Source: Bacteroidia bacterium
Lineage (GTDB): Bacteria > Bacteroidota > Bacteroidia > NS11-12g > UBA9320
Direction: 5' to 3'
DNA length: 64,000 nt
NCBI GenBank assembly: GCA_965216465.1
Contig: CBDCFW010000003.1
Location: forward strand, 160,001 to 224,000
In this document: positions 19,983 to 30,157 of the stretch, piece by piece
Layout: the number at the start of each line of letters is the position of its first letter
Numbering within the stretch: the stretch's first letter is position 1
The notes under the pieces: generated by a model
What the model saw: only the letters and a program-made list of their open reading frames with translations
Database searches by the model: none
Told to the model about the DNA's origin: nothing
Translations under genes and position numbers: made by a program

Positions 19983-20712
19983 AAAAGAACTGGATTCAGT
20001 AATTCAACAACTTGATGTTGAGTCGTTTGTAGCACATGACCCCATTCAAATTCCCAAGCGATTTACCCAAAAACAAGATATTGAAATAGCTGCTTTTTTT
20101 GCGAGCATCTTGGCTTGGGGACAACGAAAGACTATCATCCGAAATACAAATCAACTGATGGATTGGATGGGAGAGGAGCCGCATAACTTTATCCTTAATC
20201 ATCATCCTTCAGACTTAAAACCTTTTGAGCACTTTGTGCATCGAACATTTAACGGCACCGATTGTCTTTATTTCATTGAGGTTCTAAAGCAATTTTACAA
20301 AGGAGAAGAAAGCTTGGAAGCTTTTTTTAAAGGTGAGAACATGAAACAGCGTATCAGCAATTTTCATCATGCCTTTTTCAACTTTGACTTTGCACCGGCA
20401 AGAACACGAAAACACATCGCTAATCCATCTAAAAATTCTTCGGCTAAAAGATTGAATATGTTTTTGCGTTGGATGGTGCGAAACGACGAGCTAGATTTCG
20501 GCATTTGGTCAACCATAAATCCATCTGAGCTTCGATGTCCACTTGATGTTCATGTTCAACGTGCCGCAATGCATTTCGGTCTTTTGCAACGTAAACAACA
20601 AGATTGGAAAGCGGTTGAAGAACTATCTGATAATCTATTGGTTCTAGACCCAACAGATCCAATAAAATATGATCTAGCACTGTTCAAATGGAGTGAGACT
20701 AAATCACGGTAG
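19963..20712 (+). CDS. TIGR02757 family protein (start moved from 19906 to ATG 19963)
   Basis: DPIQIP, DIEIAAF----LAWGQR, SAKRLNMFLRWMVR, PLDVH, DP-KYD-ALF motifs. Confidence 0.85.
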   Translation: MIFQEAKKELDSVIQQLDVESFVAHDPIQIPKRFTQKQDIEIAAFFASILAWGQRKTIIRNTNQLMDWMGEEPHNFILNHHPSDLKPFEHFVHRTFNGTDCLYFIEVLKQFYKGEESLEAFFKGENMKQRISNFHHAFFNFDFAPARTRKHIANPSKNSSAKRLNMFLRWMVRNDELDFGIWSTINPSELRCPLDVHVQRAAMHFGLLQRKQQDWKAVEELSDNLLVLDPTDPIKYDLALFKWSETKSR

Positions 20713-20805
20713 TTTGTCAAACCTGTGCAACCTTTTGTGAATTGGTTGTCTCTTTATATAAATAGTTTTCGTTTTCTGTATGAAAATGAACTAACTTTAT
20801 CGAGA

Positions 20806-23800
20806 ATGAAAACGCTAAAAGCTAGCTATATTATCCTCTTTCTTCTTTTAAGTGCTTTATGCTTTGGGCAGAGTAACCAATTTTTCATAAAGGTTAATCA
20901 GAATAAAACTATGGTGTTTGAGGGCTCCGACCTCACTTCATGGGCAAGTGATGAGCACTTGAATAGATTCTTACAAGAGCTGGAAGTTTCATCTGTAGAA
21001 AAAGCCTTTAGAATGAATCATCCAGAGCTTAATGCTATTTACGTTATAGAATGTGAGAACAAGCCTGCTGATTTTATTCAAAAAGGAATCTCCAGCTTAA
21101 TTTACATTGAACCGGTTCCGGTTTATGAGCATTTTTATACGCCCAATGATGTTCATGCCAACCAATGGAATTTGACCAAAATTAATGCAAGTGGAGCATG
21201 GGATGTGAAAAGAGATGCTTCTAATATCAAAATTGCAATAGTCGATGATGCTGTATTAACGAGCCACCCCGACCTTTCTGCTAACATTTGGATTAATCCG
21301 AATGAAACCATAAACGGCATTGACGATGACGGAAATGGCTACATAGATGATATCAACGGCTATGATGTATCAGATAACGATAACAACCCCAATCCACCAG
21401 GGTCTGCCACAGCTTCAAAATTTAGTCACGGTACGCATTGTGCCGGAATCGCTTCGGCATCAACAAACAATGGTGTTGGAATTGCATCAATTGGGTTTAA
21501 TGCCAAAATCATTGCCGTTAAAAGTGCTCCGGACGCGTCGGGCGGACGAACACTCCCTGGAGCTTACAAAGGGGTTGAATATGCCATCGCAGCGAATGCA
21601 GACATTATTAGTATGTCGTGGGGTGGAGGTAGCTATTCAACAACTTACCAAACCCTTTTTAATATTGCTCATGGTAAAGGGATAGTTCTTGTAGCCGCTG
21701 CTGGGAATAGTAATGTTTCGACACCAATGTATCCAGCGGCTTACAATCATGTTATAAGTGTTGCAGCAACCAACAACAACGACAAGAAAGCAAGTTTTAC
21801 AAACTTTGGTTCTACTATCGATGTATCAGCACCGGGAGTTAATATTTGGAGTACAGTGGCTGGGTCTACACAGTACGATTATAAAAGTGGTACTTCGATG
21901 GCCTGTCCATTAGTTTCAGGGCTTTGTGCACTCATGGTTGCCAATTCTCCAGGAATATCTCCTGACAGTGTTGAAAGTTGTCTTAAATCAACCGCAAAAA
22001 ATATCAACGCACTAAACCCTACGCATAGTGGGCAATTGGGCGCCGGAAGAATTGATGCCAAAGAAGCGTTGAATTGCACTAAAGGCATCGTAAGTTCAGC
22101 ATTCACATTTGATAAGGCAGTGGTCTGTCCAGGTCAATCCGTACAGTTTGACGCTAAAACACCTCAAGTGCCTGGTTTAACTTACTCATGGGAGTTTCAA
22201 GGAGGTAGCCCCAGTACATCCGCATCAAAGAGCCCGACCGTAACGTATAATACGGCTGGTACATTTTCGGCTAAGTTGACGGTAACCAATGCCAATGGTT
22301 CATCGGTAACTGAAAGAAAGGATATTATTATTGTTTCAACTCCAACCGCGACTATTTCTGGAGTTTACGATATTGAAGATGGAGAAACTGCCTATGTCGA
22401 GATTCATTTTGATGGACAGCAACCCTTCTCGTTTTCTTATTCAGATGGATCAACAACAAAGTCGGTGTCTGGTATCACTGTCAATAAGTACTTTTTAGGT
22501 GTAACACCATCTGACACCACAACATATACAATAACTCAATTCAGCGATGATAATTGTGCCGGAAATTTTTCGGGTACTGCGATAGTAAATGTGATACCAA
22601 CGGATAGTAGTTGTCTCAGAAATGTGTATTCGTTGTCTTTTAAGCGACAAGAAACAGTACATATCGTTCGAATTACGATGGATGACGATGAAAATGTTTA
22701 CGCTTGTGGTTATGGAATTACCGGAGCTGGTGTTTACTACGGAACCTTGATGAAGTTTAGTAAAAATGGAAAGCTACAATGGTTTAGAGAGTACCATGGA
22801 ACACGTCAATTTGCGTTTCTAACTATGGCAAAGAACAACAATGACGTATTGCTTTTAGGTATCGACAATCAAGATCAGGTGATTCAACGTGTAGATAAAG
22901 ATGGTAACACGGTGTGGACCAAAAGATATAACTATTCGAATGAGCGTTATTACTATGGAATAGTACCTTCTGACAACAACTCATTCATTTTTGGTGGAAT
23001 GGGAACAGGCGCCGGAGGTGATGATCTGTATGCCATAAAGATTAACGGTTCAAATGGGAGTATCATTTGGAATTACGCATTTCATAAAGGAGACGATCAA
23101 TTGGCATTTGTGCATTCTAATGGAAGCGATGGAGTTTTCTTCAACGGCAATAGCCCATCAAATGGAGTATTCTGTGAATTAGACAAGGATGGAAATATGG
23201 TGCAATCGCATTTGGTAACAGGTTCTGCTAATATGCAAGGATTGCAACGAGTTGGTAATTACCTCTTTGTAACTCATGCATCACAGAGAAATTCACCTGT
23301 AACTTTATCTGTTTCAATGATTGATATATCTAACTCGAGCTCGCCTTCAGTACAATGGGATAAAAAAATAGGAATTACATCAAGACAGTGGAGTGAAATG
23401 TTATTCTCCAATGAAAATACTGGCAATGTATATTTAAGTTATGTTGGTCATACAGATCAGAAAGCTAAAATTTTGTTACTCAAGCAAGATGGATCGCTTA
23501 AAGAAGTGCATAGTGCAGATGTAAACGGAAGCTTCAAAATCGCTTTTAAAGATCGGGCCATGGTCATGATGATTTCACGTAGAGTTGGGAATGAGTCAGA
23601 AATAATTATGGTAAAACGAAGAGACACTGTTGGTTTAGATTATTGTTTTTTAGATGATCGTACCACGACATATCAAAACTCTTCTCACACTTTTTCGGCA
23701 CACAACATGACGCGATCTGTCAAGAACTTTACGGTGACTAATCAAAACTTATCCATACAAAATGGAAGTCTAGACGCATCTTGTTTGTGTGCTACCACCA

Positions 23801-25242
23801 GCCTTACGTCATCGAAATCCTCTATTTGCAAAGGTGACAGTATTCAACTTGAAGCTGATGGTGCCGGACGATACAAATGGTTGCCAGCTGACGGCTTACG
23901 ACCTGAAGATCAATTCATTTCCAATCCGTGGGTAAAACCAACAAAGACAACTACTTATCGTGTTATAGTCTATAACTGTGAATGTCCGAAAGATACCATG
24001 GACATAACCATTGAGGTAAATGGCGGAGCATTTAAAGACTTGGGAAGAGATACAACCATTTGTAATGATGATACGCTCACGCTGCAGGCAGAACCAGGCT
24101 ATAGCGTCTATTCATGGACTCCAAATTATAACATGATTCACTTATCGAATTGGAAGAAACAAGTTTACCCAGATGTTGACACCGCCTACATATTAACGGT
24201 AACCTACGCTTCTGGTTGTACAAGCTCAGACACCGTTCAAGTTAACGTTAAATCTTGTTGCGAACTCGACGCTCAATTTGTGGTTGATGATAATTTGGTA
24301 TGCTTGGGCGAAACGGTCAATGTTACAAACTTAACCCAAACCAATAAGCCTACTACATACAACTGGACCATGCCTGGAGCATCGCCGAGCACCTTTGTCG
24401 GAAATAATCCCGGAGCATTGTTATACAACACTCCTGGCAACTATGAAATTGAGTTAATTGCTACAAACCCCTGCGGTTCAGATACGGTGAAACAGCCTTT
24501 AAGCATCATTGATTTCCAAATTGATGCAGGAAACGATACCTCAATCTGCATAGAGGATACTATCCAAATTGGTCACCCAGAAGTGAGCGATCATGAGTAT
24601 TTCTGGAGGCATACCGGGTGGATTTCAGACGCAGAAATAGCCGATCCATTGGTTTCAACACCTGTCAGCGGTAAGTATGTTTTAGAAGTGTACAATCGCG
24701 TAACAGGTTGTGCGGCTAAAGATTCCTTTTATATTGATGTCATCGAATCTTTAGATCTAAATATTAGTGACACCGTGTTGTGTGAAGGTCAACGCTTTCA
24801 TGTAGATGTTTCAGGCTATGATTATGATTTTACATGGTCTAACGGTGCGCAAGGACCAAACTTTTCAACCAATGAAGATGGACTTGTTGTATATACTGCA
24901 ACCAGGAACAACTGTTCATTCCAAGACAGTTTCACGGTTGATTTTGTAACCTGCTCGTGTATTAAGTTCATTCCCAACGTGTTTACACCGAATGAAGATG
25001 GCAAGAATGAAACCTACAAACCTATGTTAGAATGTAATATTGAAGATTATCACTTCATGATTTACAATCGATGGGGTGAAAAAATCTTTGAAACATTTGA
25101 TCAGGACGCTTATTGGACGGGGGAGTATAGCGGTAAGCGTGTTCCAGACGGAGTATACTTTTGGATTTTAGAGTTTGCCAGTAAACGTGATCAAGGAAAA
25201 AATCGAGAAACGCTCTCTGGAACTGTAACACTTATTCGATAA
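20806..25242 (+). CDS. Secreted S8 (subtilisin-like) protease with PKD domains and T9SS type B (gliding-motility-associated) C-terminal domain
   Basis: Catalytic IAIVDD, HGTHCAG, GTSMACP. PKD repeats. C-terminal IPNVFTPNEDGKNE...IYNRWGE...DGVYFW...GTVTLIR. Start placed at the signal peptide MKTLK. Confidence 0.9.
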   Translation: MKTLKASYIILFLLLSALCFGQSNQFFIKVNQNKTMVFEGSDLTSWASDEHLNRFLQELEVSSVEKAFRMNHPELNAIYVIECENKPADFIQKGISSLIYIEPVPVYEHFYTPNDVHANQWNLTKINASGAWDVKRDASNIKIAIVDDAVLTSHPDLSANIWINPNETINGIDDDGNGYIDDINGYDVSDNDNNPNPPGSATASKFSHGTHCAGIASASTNNGVGIASIGFNAKIIAVKSAPDASGGRTLPGAYKGVEYAIAANADIISMSWGGGSYSTTYQTLFNIAHGKGIVLVAAAGNSNVSTPMYPAAYNHVISVAATNNNDKKASFTNFGSTIDVSAPGVNIWSTVAGSTQYDYKSGTSMACPLVSGLCALMVANSPGISPDSVESCLKSTAKNINALNPTHSGQLGAGRIDAKEALNCTKGIVSSAFTFDKAVVCPGQSVQFDAKTPQVPGLTYSWEFQGGSPSTSASKSPTVTYNTAGTFSAKLTVTNANGSSVTERKDIIIVSTPTATISGVYDIEDGETAYVEIHFDGQQPFSFSYSDGSTTKSVSGITVNKYFLGVTPSDTTTYTITQFSDDNCAGNFSGTAIVNVIPTDSSCLRNVYSLSFKRQETVHIVRITMDDDENVYACGYGITGAGVYYGTLMKFSKNGKLQWFREYHGTRQFAFLTMAKNNNDVLLLGIDNQDQVIQRVDKDGNTVWTKRYNYSNERYYYGIVPSDNNSFIFGGMGTGAGGDDLYAIKINGSNGSIIWNYAFHKGDDQLAFVHSNGSDGVFFNGNSPSNGVFCELDKDGNMVQSHLVTGSANMQGLQRVGNYLFVTHASQRNSPVTLSVSMIDISNSSSPSVQWDKKIGITSRQWSEMLFSNENTGNVYLSYVGHTDQKAKILLLKQDGSLKEVHSADVNGSFKIAFKDRAMVMMISRRVGNESEIIMVKRRDTVGLDYCFLDDRTTTYQNSSHTFSAHNMTRSVKNFTVTNQNLSIQNGSLDASCLCATTSLTSSKSSICKGDSIQLEADGAGRYKWLPADGLRPEDQFISNPWVKPTKTTTYRVIVYNCECPKDTMDITIEVNGGAFKDLGRDTTICNDDTLTLQAEPGYSVYSWTPNYNMIHLSNWKKQVYPDVDTAYILTVTYASGCTSSDTVQVNVKSCCELDAQFVVDDNLVCLGETVNVTNLTQTNKPTTYNWTMPGASPSTFVGNNPGALLYNTPGNYEIELIATNPCGSDTVKQPLSIIDFQIDAGNDTSICIEDTIQIGHPEVSDHEYFWRHTGWISDAEIADPLVSTPVSGKYVLEVYNRVTGCAAKDSFYIDVIESLDLNISDTVLCEGQRFHVDVSGYDYDFTWSNGAQGPNFSTNEDGLVVYTATRNNCSFQDSFTVDFVTCSCIKFIPNVFTPNEDGKNETYKPMLECNIEDYHFMIYNRWGEKIFETFDQDAYWTGEYSGKRVPDGVYFWILEFASKRDQGKNRETLSGTVTLIR

Positions 25243-25801
25243 CTAATCCATGTTGATTGAGCAGTCCAGCAAGGTCAGATCTCAAAAACTTTGCCCCTTT
25301 TAGACGATTTGATTCTGGGATAATACTAAAGTTTGAAGCAGTTCTAAAGTCTGCATTTTGCAAATTGGTGTTTTCAAATTGTGCACCATATAAATCAGAG
25401 CCGGCAAAGTTGGAGTGTTCAAGATTTGCAGACACAAAATCACATTCTTTAAGGCTACAGTTAGCAAATTGGGTTCTTTCTAGCTTTAGGCTGTAGAAGG
25501 ATGATAAGTCAAGTTGACAATCATCAAAATTTAGTGCTAAAAGAAAAGGGTTTGCTTCCGAAAACTGCAGTCCAAGCATTTTGCATCCTTTGAAGCTGAC
25601 CGTTTTCAGTCCACAATTCTTCAATTGTGATGATGAAAAGTTACAGTTTATAAATGTGCAATCTTCAAAAACGGCATTATTAAAGTTAGTATTGCTAAAG
25701 TCACATGAGTCGAAAGTGCAAGCTTCATACTCCTTATTCAAGAATTGTTCACTATAGTCTTGATTGCTTAATACCTCGTCGTAAACTATAGAATCGCTCA
25801 T
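25232..25801 (-). CDS. Pentapeptide repeat protein
   Basis: Near-continuous A/C-D/N-F/L-x-x pentapeptide repeats. Confidence 0.9.
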   Translation of the reverse strand: MSDSIVYDEVLSNQDYSEQFLNKEYEACTFDSCDFSNTNFNNAVFEDCTFINCNFSSSQLKNCGLKTVSFKGCKMLGLQFSEANPFLLALNFDDCQLDLSSFYSLKLERTQFANCSLKECDFVSANLEHSNFAGSDLYGAQFENTNLQNADFRTASNFSIIPESNRLKGAKFLRSDLAGLLNQHGLVIE

Positions 25802-26181
25802 AGGTTTTGTGTTTTATGTTCCATCAAACCGGCTATGTTTTGAGCTCGTGCCATCATGGTATGTGCTCTTAGGCCTTCAAAATTTTCTTCAACAGTTTGA
25901 GTCAGATAATTTACCCAAGTGCGAAAGTGCTCTGGTGTTAATGGGCTCTTTTTGGCCAAGTCGATGTGAACTTGCATGGCATTGTTGCGATAGGTTCCGC
26001 TTCCAAACAAAATGCTATCCCAGAAGTCAACAAGAATAGGGAAGTGGTGTTCAAGATTAACTTGAGCAATTTCTGTAAAAAGGTAGGATATAGAGTCGTC
26101 AGCTAATAATTTGTCGTAGAACGATTTCATAATCAGCAAGATATCTTCTCTTGATTCTATATCCCTCATAGGTTTATTCAA
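25798..26181 (-). CDS. Group III truncated hemoglobin
   Basis: DI-----SFY------D-I---F, H-----DFW--ILF, EHF--W---L pattern. Confidence 0.88.
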   Translation of the reverse strand: MNKPMRDIESREDILLIMKSFYDKLLADDSISYLFTEIAQVNLEHHFPILVDFWDSILFGSGTYRNNAMQVHIDLAKKSPLTPEHFRTWVNYLTQTVEENFEGLRAHTMMARAQNIAGLMEHKTQNL

Positions 26182-27244
26182 TAAGAGTGCCGTTATCCCA
26201 TTTCTCTGTCTTCCACTTGCTGCCGTCGTGCTTGTAATACACCCATTTACCGTCTTTTAGGTTGTTTACAAATTTGCCTTTGCATTTACCGAATAGATTG
26301 GTAGCTCCAAGTTTCCACTTGCCTTCTTTAAGTCCAGCTACATACTTTCCTTTACTTCCTCCACCTGAACTGTACTTGTTTTCTACCCATTTGCCGTATT
26401 TTTCTCCGTCTACATAATTTCCATAGGTGTCTAATCCTTGCTGTTTGAATAATTTATAAGGGCCGTGTAGAACACCTTCTTCAAAGGTTTTTATTTCTAA
26501 TGGGAAACCATTCATAGTGTACGAAATAGATTCACCATGCAGTTTGCCTTCTTTATAGTGTTCTTTAAGCATGATTTTACCTCCCATGGTATAAAGAATT
26601 TTAGCTCCATCGAGTAATCCATTTTTGTACTTTGCTTTTTCACCAACCTTTCCGCTAGCATGAAATACTGTACTTGTTCCGTTGCGAACTCCAGCTACAT
26701 AGTTCACTTCCTTAATTTTTATTTCATCGAAATCAAACGTAGTAATGAGACCTTCTGGCTTCCCATCTTTATATATTCCAATTTGCCTTTTCTTGCCATT
26801 TTTATGAAACAATACAAACTTGCCCTGTTCCTTGCCGTCAACAAAATTGGCTTTCTTACTAGGGAAACCATTGGTGTGATATAAGGTGTAGCTGCCGTGT
26901 ATAACACCATTTACATATTGACAGTCAACTTCAGGAGCTCCATTAATATAGAACGTTTGAAATCTGCCATGACGCTTTCCATCTTTGTATTCGATAAGCT
27001 GATCTTGCTTTTGATTCTCATACCAACTTCGAAAAAGACCATCAATTTTACCGTCAACCCAATCTACTCGTTGCATGGGTCGATTGTTACTTGGCCATAG
27101 AAGCAACGACTCTCCTGTGTAAGGTTCTCCTTCATAGTAGTACAAACCATCGCTTTGTTTAACTAACTTGTTGTAAGCAACTTTATTTTGGCCGTATGCT
27201 AACCCTGTTGCGAAAAGAATAGTAAGTATTAGAATCTTTCTCAT
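26174..27244 (-). CDS. Exported MORN-variant repeat protein (YwqK-like repeats)
   Basis: Signal peptide ending YGQ and many ~24-aa Y-DGK--G----Y/F--NG repeats. Confidence 0.85.
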   Translation of the reverse strand: MRKILILTILFATGLAYGQNKVAYNKLVKQSDGLYYYEGEPYTGESLLLWPSNNRPMQRVDWVDGKIDGLFRSWYENQKQDQLIEYKDGKRHGRFQTFYINGAPEVDCQYVNGVIHGSYTLYHTNGFPSKKANFVDGKEQGKFVLFHKNGKKRQIGIYKDGKPEGLITTFDFDEIKIKEVNYVAGVRNGTSTVFHASGKVGEKAKYKNGLLDGAKILYTMGGKIMLKEHYKEGKLHGESISYTMNGFPLEIKTFEEGVLHGPYKLFKQQGLDTYGNYVDGEKYGKWVENKYSSGGGSKGKYVAGLKEGKWKLGATNLFGKCKGKFVNNLKDGKWVYYKHDGSKWKTEKWDNGTLIE

Positions 27245-27290
27245 TTATAATATTAATGAGTGACAAAGGTATTTATTGTTCGAATTCTAT

Positions 27291-28268
27291 TTAAGTACAG
27301 TTTTTAACGATTTCATCCACATTTTGAAGATTCATGCAGTTGAAATGACCTCGGGGGCAGCTAGAGCTTCCTAGTTTACTACATGGCCGACAATTCAGAT
27401 CGACTTGATGGGTGTATACCTGGTTCTGAAATTCGCCAGGCACATAAGCATACATACCGAGTAGGGGATGGGTGTTGCCCCAAACAGATACTATCCGCTT
27501 TTTATAAGCTGCCGCAATGTGCATCATACCGGTATCGCCAGTGAGTACTCCTGCTGATTTGGAGATTAGAAAGGCAGAGTCATGTATACTCAGTTTGTTC
27601 ACCAAATTCACCACATTTTTACCACCAACATTACGTGTTATTCGTTCAGCATTTTGCTCATCATCTGAACCTCCTCCTATCAGTACGCAAGGCTTATTTA
27701 AGCGTTTAATTGTTGTTTCGAGCAAAGAGTTCGGCATTCTTTTAGTGGCATAAGTTCCTCCAATGCTGATCACAATATACTGGCTTTCGCTGAGATTAAA
27801 GTCCTGTAATTTTTGACCATGATCTGCGGGTAAAAAGTATTCTAATCCTTTATGATCGTTGGTTACACCAAGAGAAGTAATTCCTTCAAAGTAGCGATCA
27901 ACAAGGTGCTTCTTGGGCATAAGATTGAGTTTGAAGTTCACCCATAGCCACTTTTGAATATTTAGCTTATTGAACGAATACCAAGGGGTATTTAAGTGTT
28001 TTTTGATTTTACGGGTTCTTAGATTCTTGTGCAGGTCAATAACTGCATCATATCCTTCCTGCTGCAAGCTCAAAATAAGATCATCCAGATTGTCTTCAAG
28101 GCCAATGCAACGATCAATGTACGGATTATTCTCAACGAGAGAAATAAACTTCTCTTTCGTTAGAAAATGTATTTCTGCATTGTTTATTTGGGATTTAACA
28201 GCACGAACCACAGGAGATGTGATTACGATGTCGCCAATTGAACTAAATCGAATGATTAGTATCTTCAT
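27291..28268 (-). CDS. Glycosyltransferase family 9 (heptosyltransferase-like)
   Basis: KILIIRFSSIGDIV, DTGMMHIAAA, C-terminal CRPCSK-G---CP-GHF-CM. Confidence 0.92.
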   Translation of the reverse strand: MKILIIRFSSIGDIVITSPVVRAVKSQINNAEIHFLTKEKFISLVENNPYIDRCIGLEDNLDDLILSLQQEGYDAVIDLHKNLRTRKIKKHLNTPWYSFNKLNIQKWLWVNFKLNLMPKKHLVDRYFEGITSLGVTNDHKGLEYFLPADHGQKLQDFNLSESQYIVISIGGTYATKRMPNSLLETTIKRLNKPCVLIGGGSDDEQNAERITRNVGGKNVVNLVNKLSIHDSAFLISKSAGVLTGDTGMMHIAAAYKKRIVSVWGNTHPLLGMYAYVPGEFQNQVYTHQVDLNCRPCSKLGSSSCPRGHFNCMNLQNVDEIVKNCT

Positions 28269-28690
28269 TGCTTGGGGGCGAATATCAGCTCTTCTGCGTC
28301 AAATGCCTGTTCTATTATGTATCCTACTGATTTACCACTTTCAATCATTACAATGACAACCGTATGGTAGTTTTCATCTTCATCAACAACACCCATCATG
28401 TGTTTAATAATGCCGTACTTTCCGCTATACGAGCAGGGTAGGCGTCGTATGTCGAAGTCACCGGTCTCGAAAAAGGTGTTATAAAAATCCCACTCAATGA
28501 GTTTATTAAAATCGACTTCTGTTGAATCTTCGAAGCGTGTTTTAACATATAGGTCAATGTATTCAAAGCTTTCGCCTTCGCATGCACCAAAATAAAGCGT
28601 GTCTCCAATTTGAATTTCAACTTCATTCTGAGCTTGTGCAAAGAAGCCCATCAACATACATATACCTAAAATAATTCCTTGTTTAATCAT
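28265..28690 (-). CDS. Exported hypothetical protein
   Basis: Signal peptide ending AQAQ. Overlaps both neighbours by 4 bp. Confidence 0.65.
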   Translation of the reverse strand: MIKQGIILGICMLMGFFAQAQNEVEIQIGDTLYFGACEGESFEYIDLYVKTRFEDSTEVDFNKLIEWDFYNTFFETGDFDIRRLPCSYSGKYGIIKHMMGVVDEDENYHTVVIVMIESGKSVGYIIEQAFDAEELIFAPKQ

Positions 28691-30072
28691 GAATCTACTT
28701 GTTTGACCACTAGATATTCGTTTTCGATGCTTATTACTTCAACCGAAGTGTTGCTATCGATGAATTCTCCATAAGTCTTAGCTTCAAAATTCGTTCCATT
28801 GATATCTACTTTACCCATAGGACGTAGAGCGGTATGAGCAATTCCAACACTTCCAATGAGATTTTTGATGTCATTTTCTTCTTGCTGATAGTGTACTCTA
28901 CTTTGGTCAAGTGTGTCGGTGTGAATCACACGTCCGAACAGGCGAGATCTAAGGAAAGCAGAGCCAAAGAAGTACATCAAAACACCTAGACCTAGCATGG
29001 CAAAGAAGACACTTCCAAGAGCTCCATTGATTTGATCAGTATCCGTACCACTAAAATCAAAGTTTACGTTGCCAATCATGCTTAATATCAGACTACCAAA
29101 AATGATGATAATGCCACTGACACCCGCAACACCAAAGCCGGGTATGACAAAGATTTCGACGGCCAAGAGAATAAATCCAACAAAAAATAAAACAATCTCC
29201 CAATTCTCTGCCAAACCATCAAGGTAGAGCGGAGCAAAGTAGGCTACGGCAGCTATTACTGCTACAGCTAAAGGAAAACCAATGCCTGGGCTTTGAAGCT
29301 CAAAATATATCCCACCAATCATTAGCATGATAAGAATCGATCTTAAAGCAGGATTAGCAAAAAAAGCAACGACCTTATCAATTGAACTCTTTTCAACCTT
29401 CTCAGTTGTATATGCCGTTATTCCATTTGCTTCCAAAACTTCTTCAATGGAGTTGGCCTTACCTTCACAGTAACCCCAAATCAAAGCTTCTTCTGTGGTT
29501 AGTGTTATTACTTTAGATGAGTCGTCAAGGCCTTCAACAACAATGCTTTCATCAACCATTCCTTCAGCGATATCAGGATTTCGTTTGTATTTATAAGTGG
29601 TGTCATTGCCCGTTATAATCGTATCCATACCATGGCTTTCAGCGGTACTACGCATTTGTTTTCGCATGTAACTTTGATATTTATCAGGTGCTTTTTCTCC
29701 AGTTTCGTTAACTACCGTGGTTGCTCCAATGCTACCTCCCGGACGCATATAGATTTTATCGCAAGCTAAAGAAATAAGAGCTCCGGCAGAAGCTGCATTG
29801 TTATCAATAAACACATAAACCGGAATTTTGGTGTTCAATAACCTTGTTCGAATAGAGTCGGCATCTGTTACATAACCGCCATAAGTATTCATGTGAACTA
29901 TAATCAAATCAGCATTGATTGATTCGGCGTGTTCCACGGCTTTAGAAGTGATACGTGTGGCAGCAGGTGCAATATCTTCCTTCAGGTCAAAGATCACTAC
30001 CTTTTTCTCAGTATCTTGTGCAGAAGAAAACAAGGTGAGCAGTAACAGGATTTTAACGAAGAAATGTTTCAT
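28687..30072 (-). CDS. Long-form NfeD (serine protease domain, TM region, OB fold); start moved from 30252 to 30072
   Basis: NTYGG, AASAG (Ser), DKY (Lys), TM block, C-terminal G-A-T-LRP-G-V motif. Confidence 0.88.
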   Translation of the reverse strand: MKHFFVKILLLLTLFSSAQDTEKKVVIFDLKEDIAPAATRITSKAVEHAESINADLIIVHMNTYGGYVTDADSIRTRLLNTKIPVYVFIDNNAASAGALISLACDKIYMRPGGSIGATTVVNETGEKAPDKYQSYMRKQMRSTAESHGMDTIITGNDTTYKYKRNPDIAEGMVDESIVVEGLDDSSKVITLTTEEALIWGYCEGKANSIEEVLEANGITAYTTEKVEKSSIDKVVAFFANPALRSILIMLMIGGIYFELQSPGIGFPLAVAVIAAVAYFAPLYLDGLAENWEIVLFFVGFILLAVEIFVIPGFGVAGVSGIIIIFGSLILSMIGNVNFDFSGTDTDQINGALGSVFFAMLGLGVLMYFFGSAFLRSRLFGRVIHTDTLDQSRVHYQQEENDIKNLIGSVGIAHTALRPMGKVDINGTNFEAKTYGEFIDSNTSVEVISIENEYLVVKQVDS

Positions 30073-30157
30073 TTTAACAACAATATTACGAATAGAAACA
30101 ATAAAGTGAATAACTAAATGTTTAATACCAAAACAACATAAATAGATTTGCAATATA

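Noticed and set aside
26174-27244. YwqK antitoxin of a toxin-antitoxin pair
   Set aside because: The match reflects generic MORN-variant repeats, and no toxin gene is adjacent.
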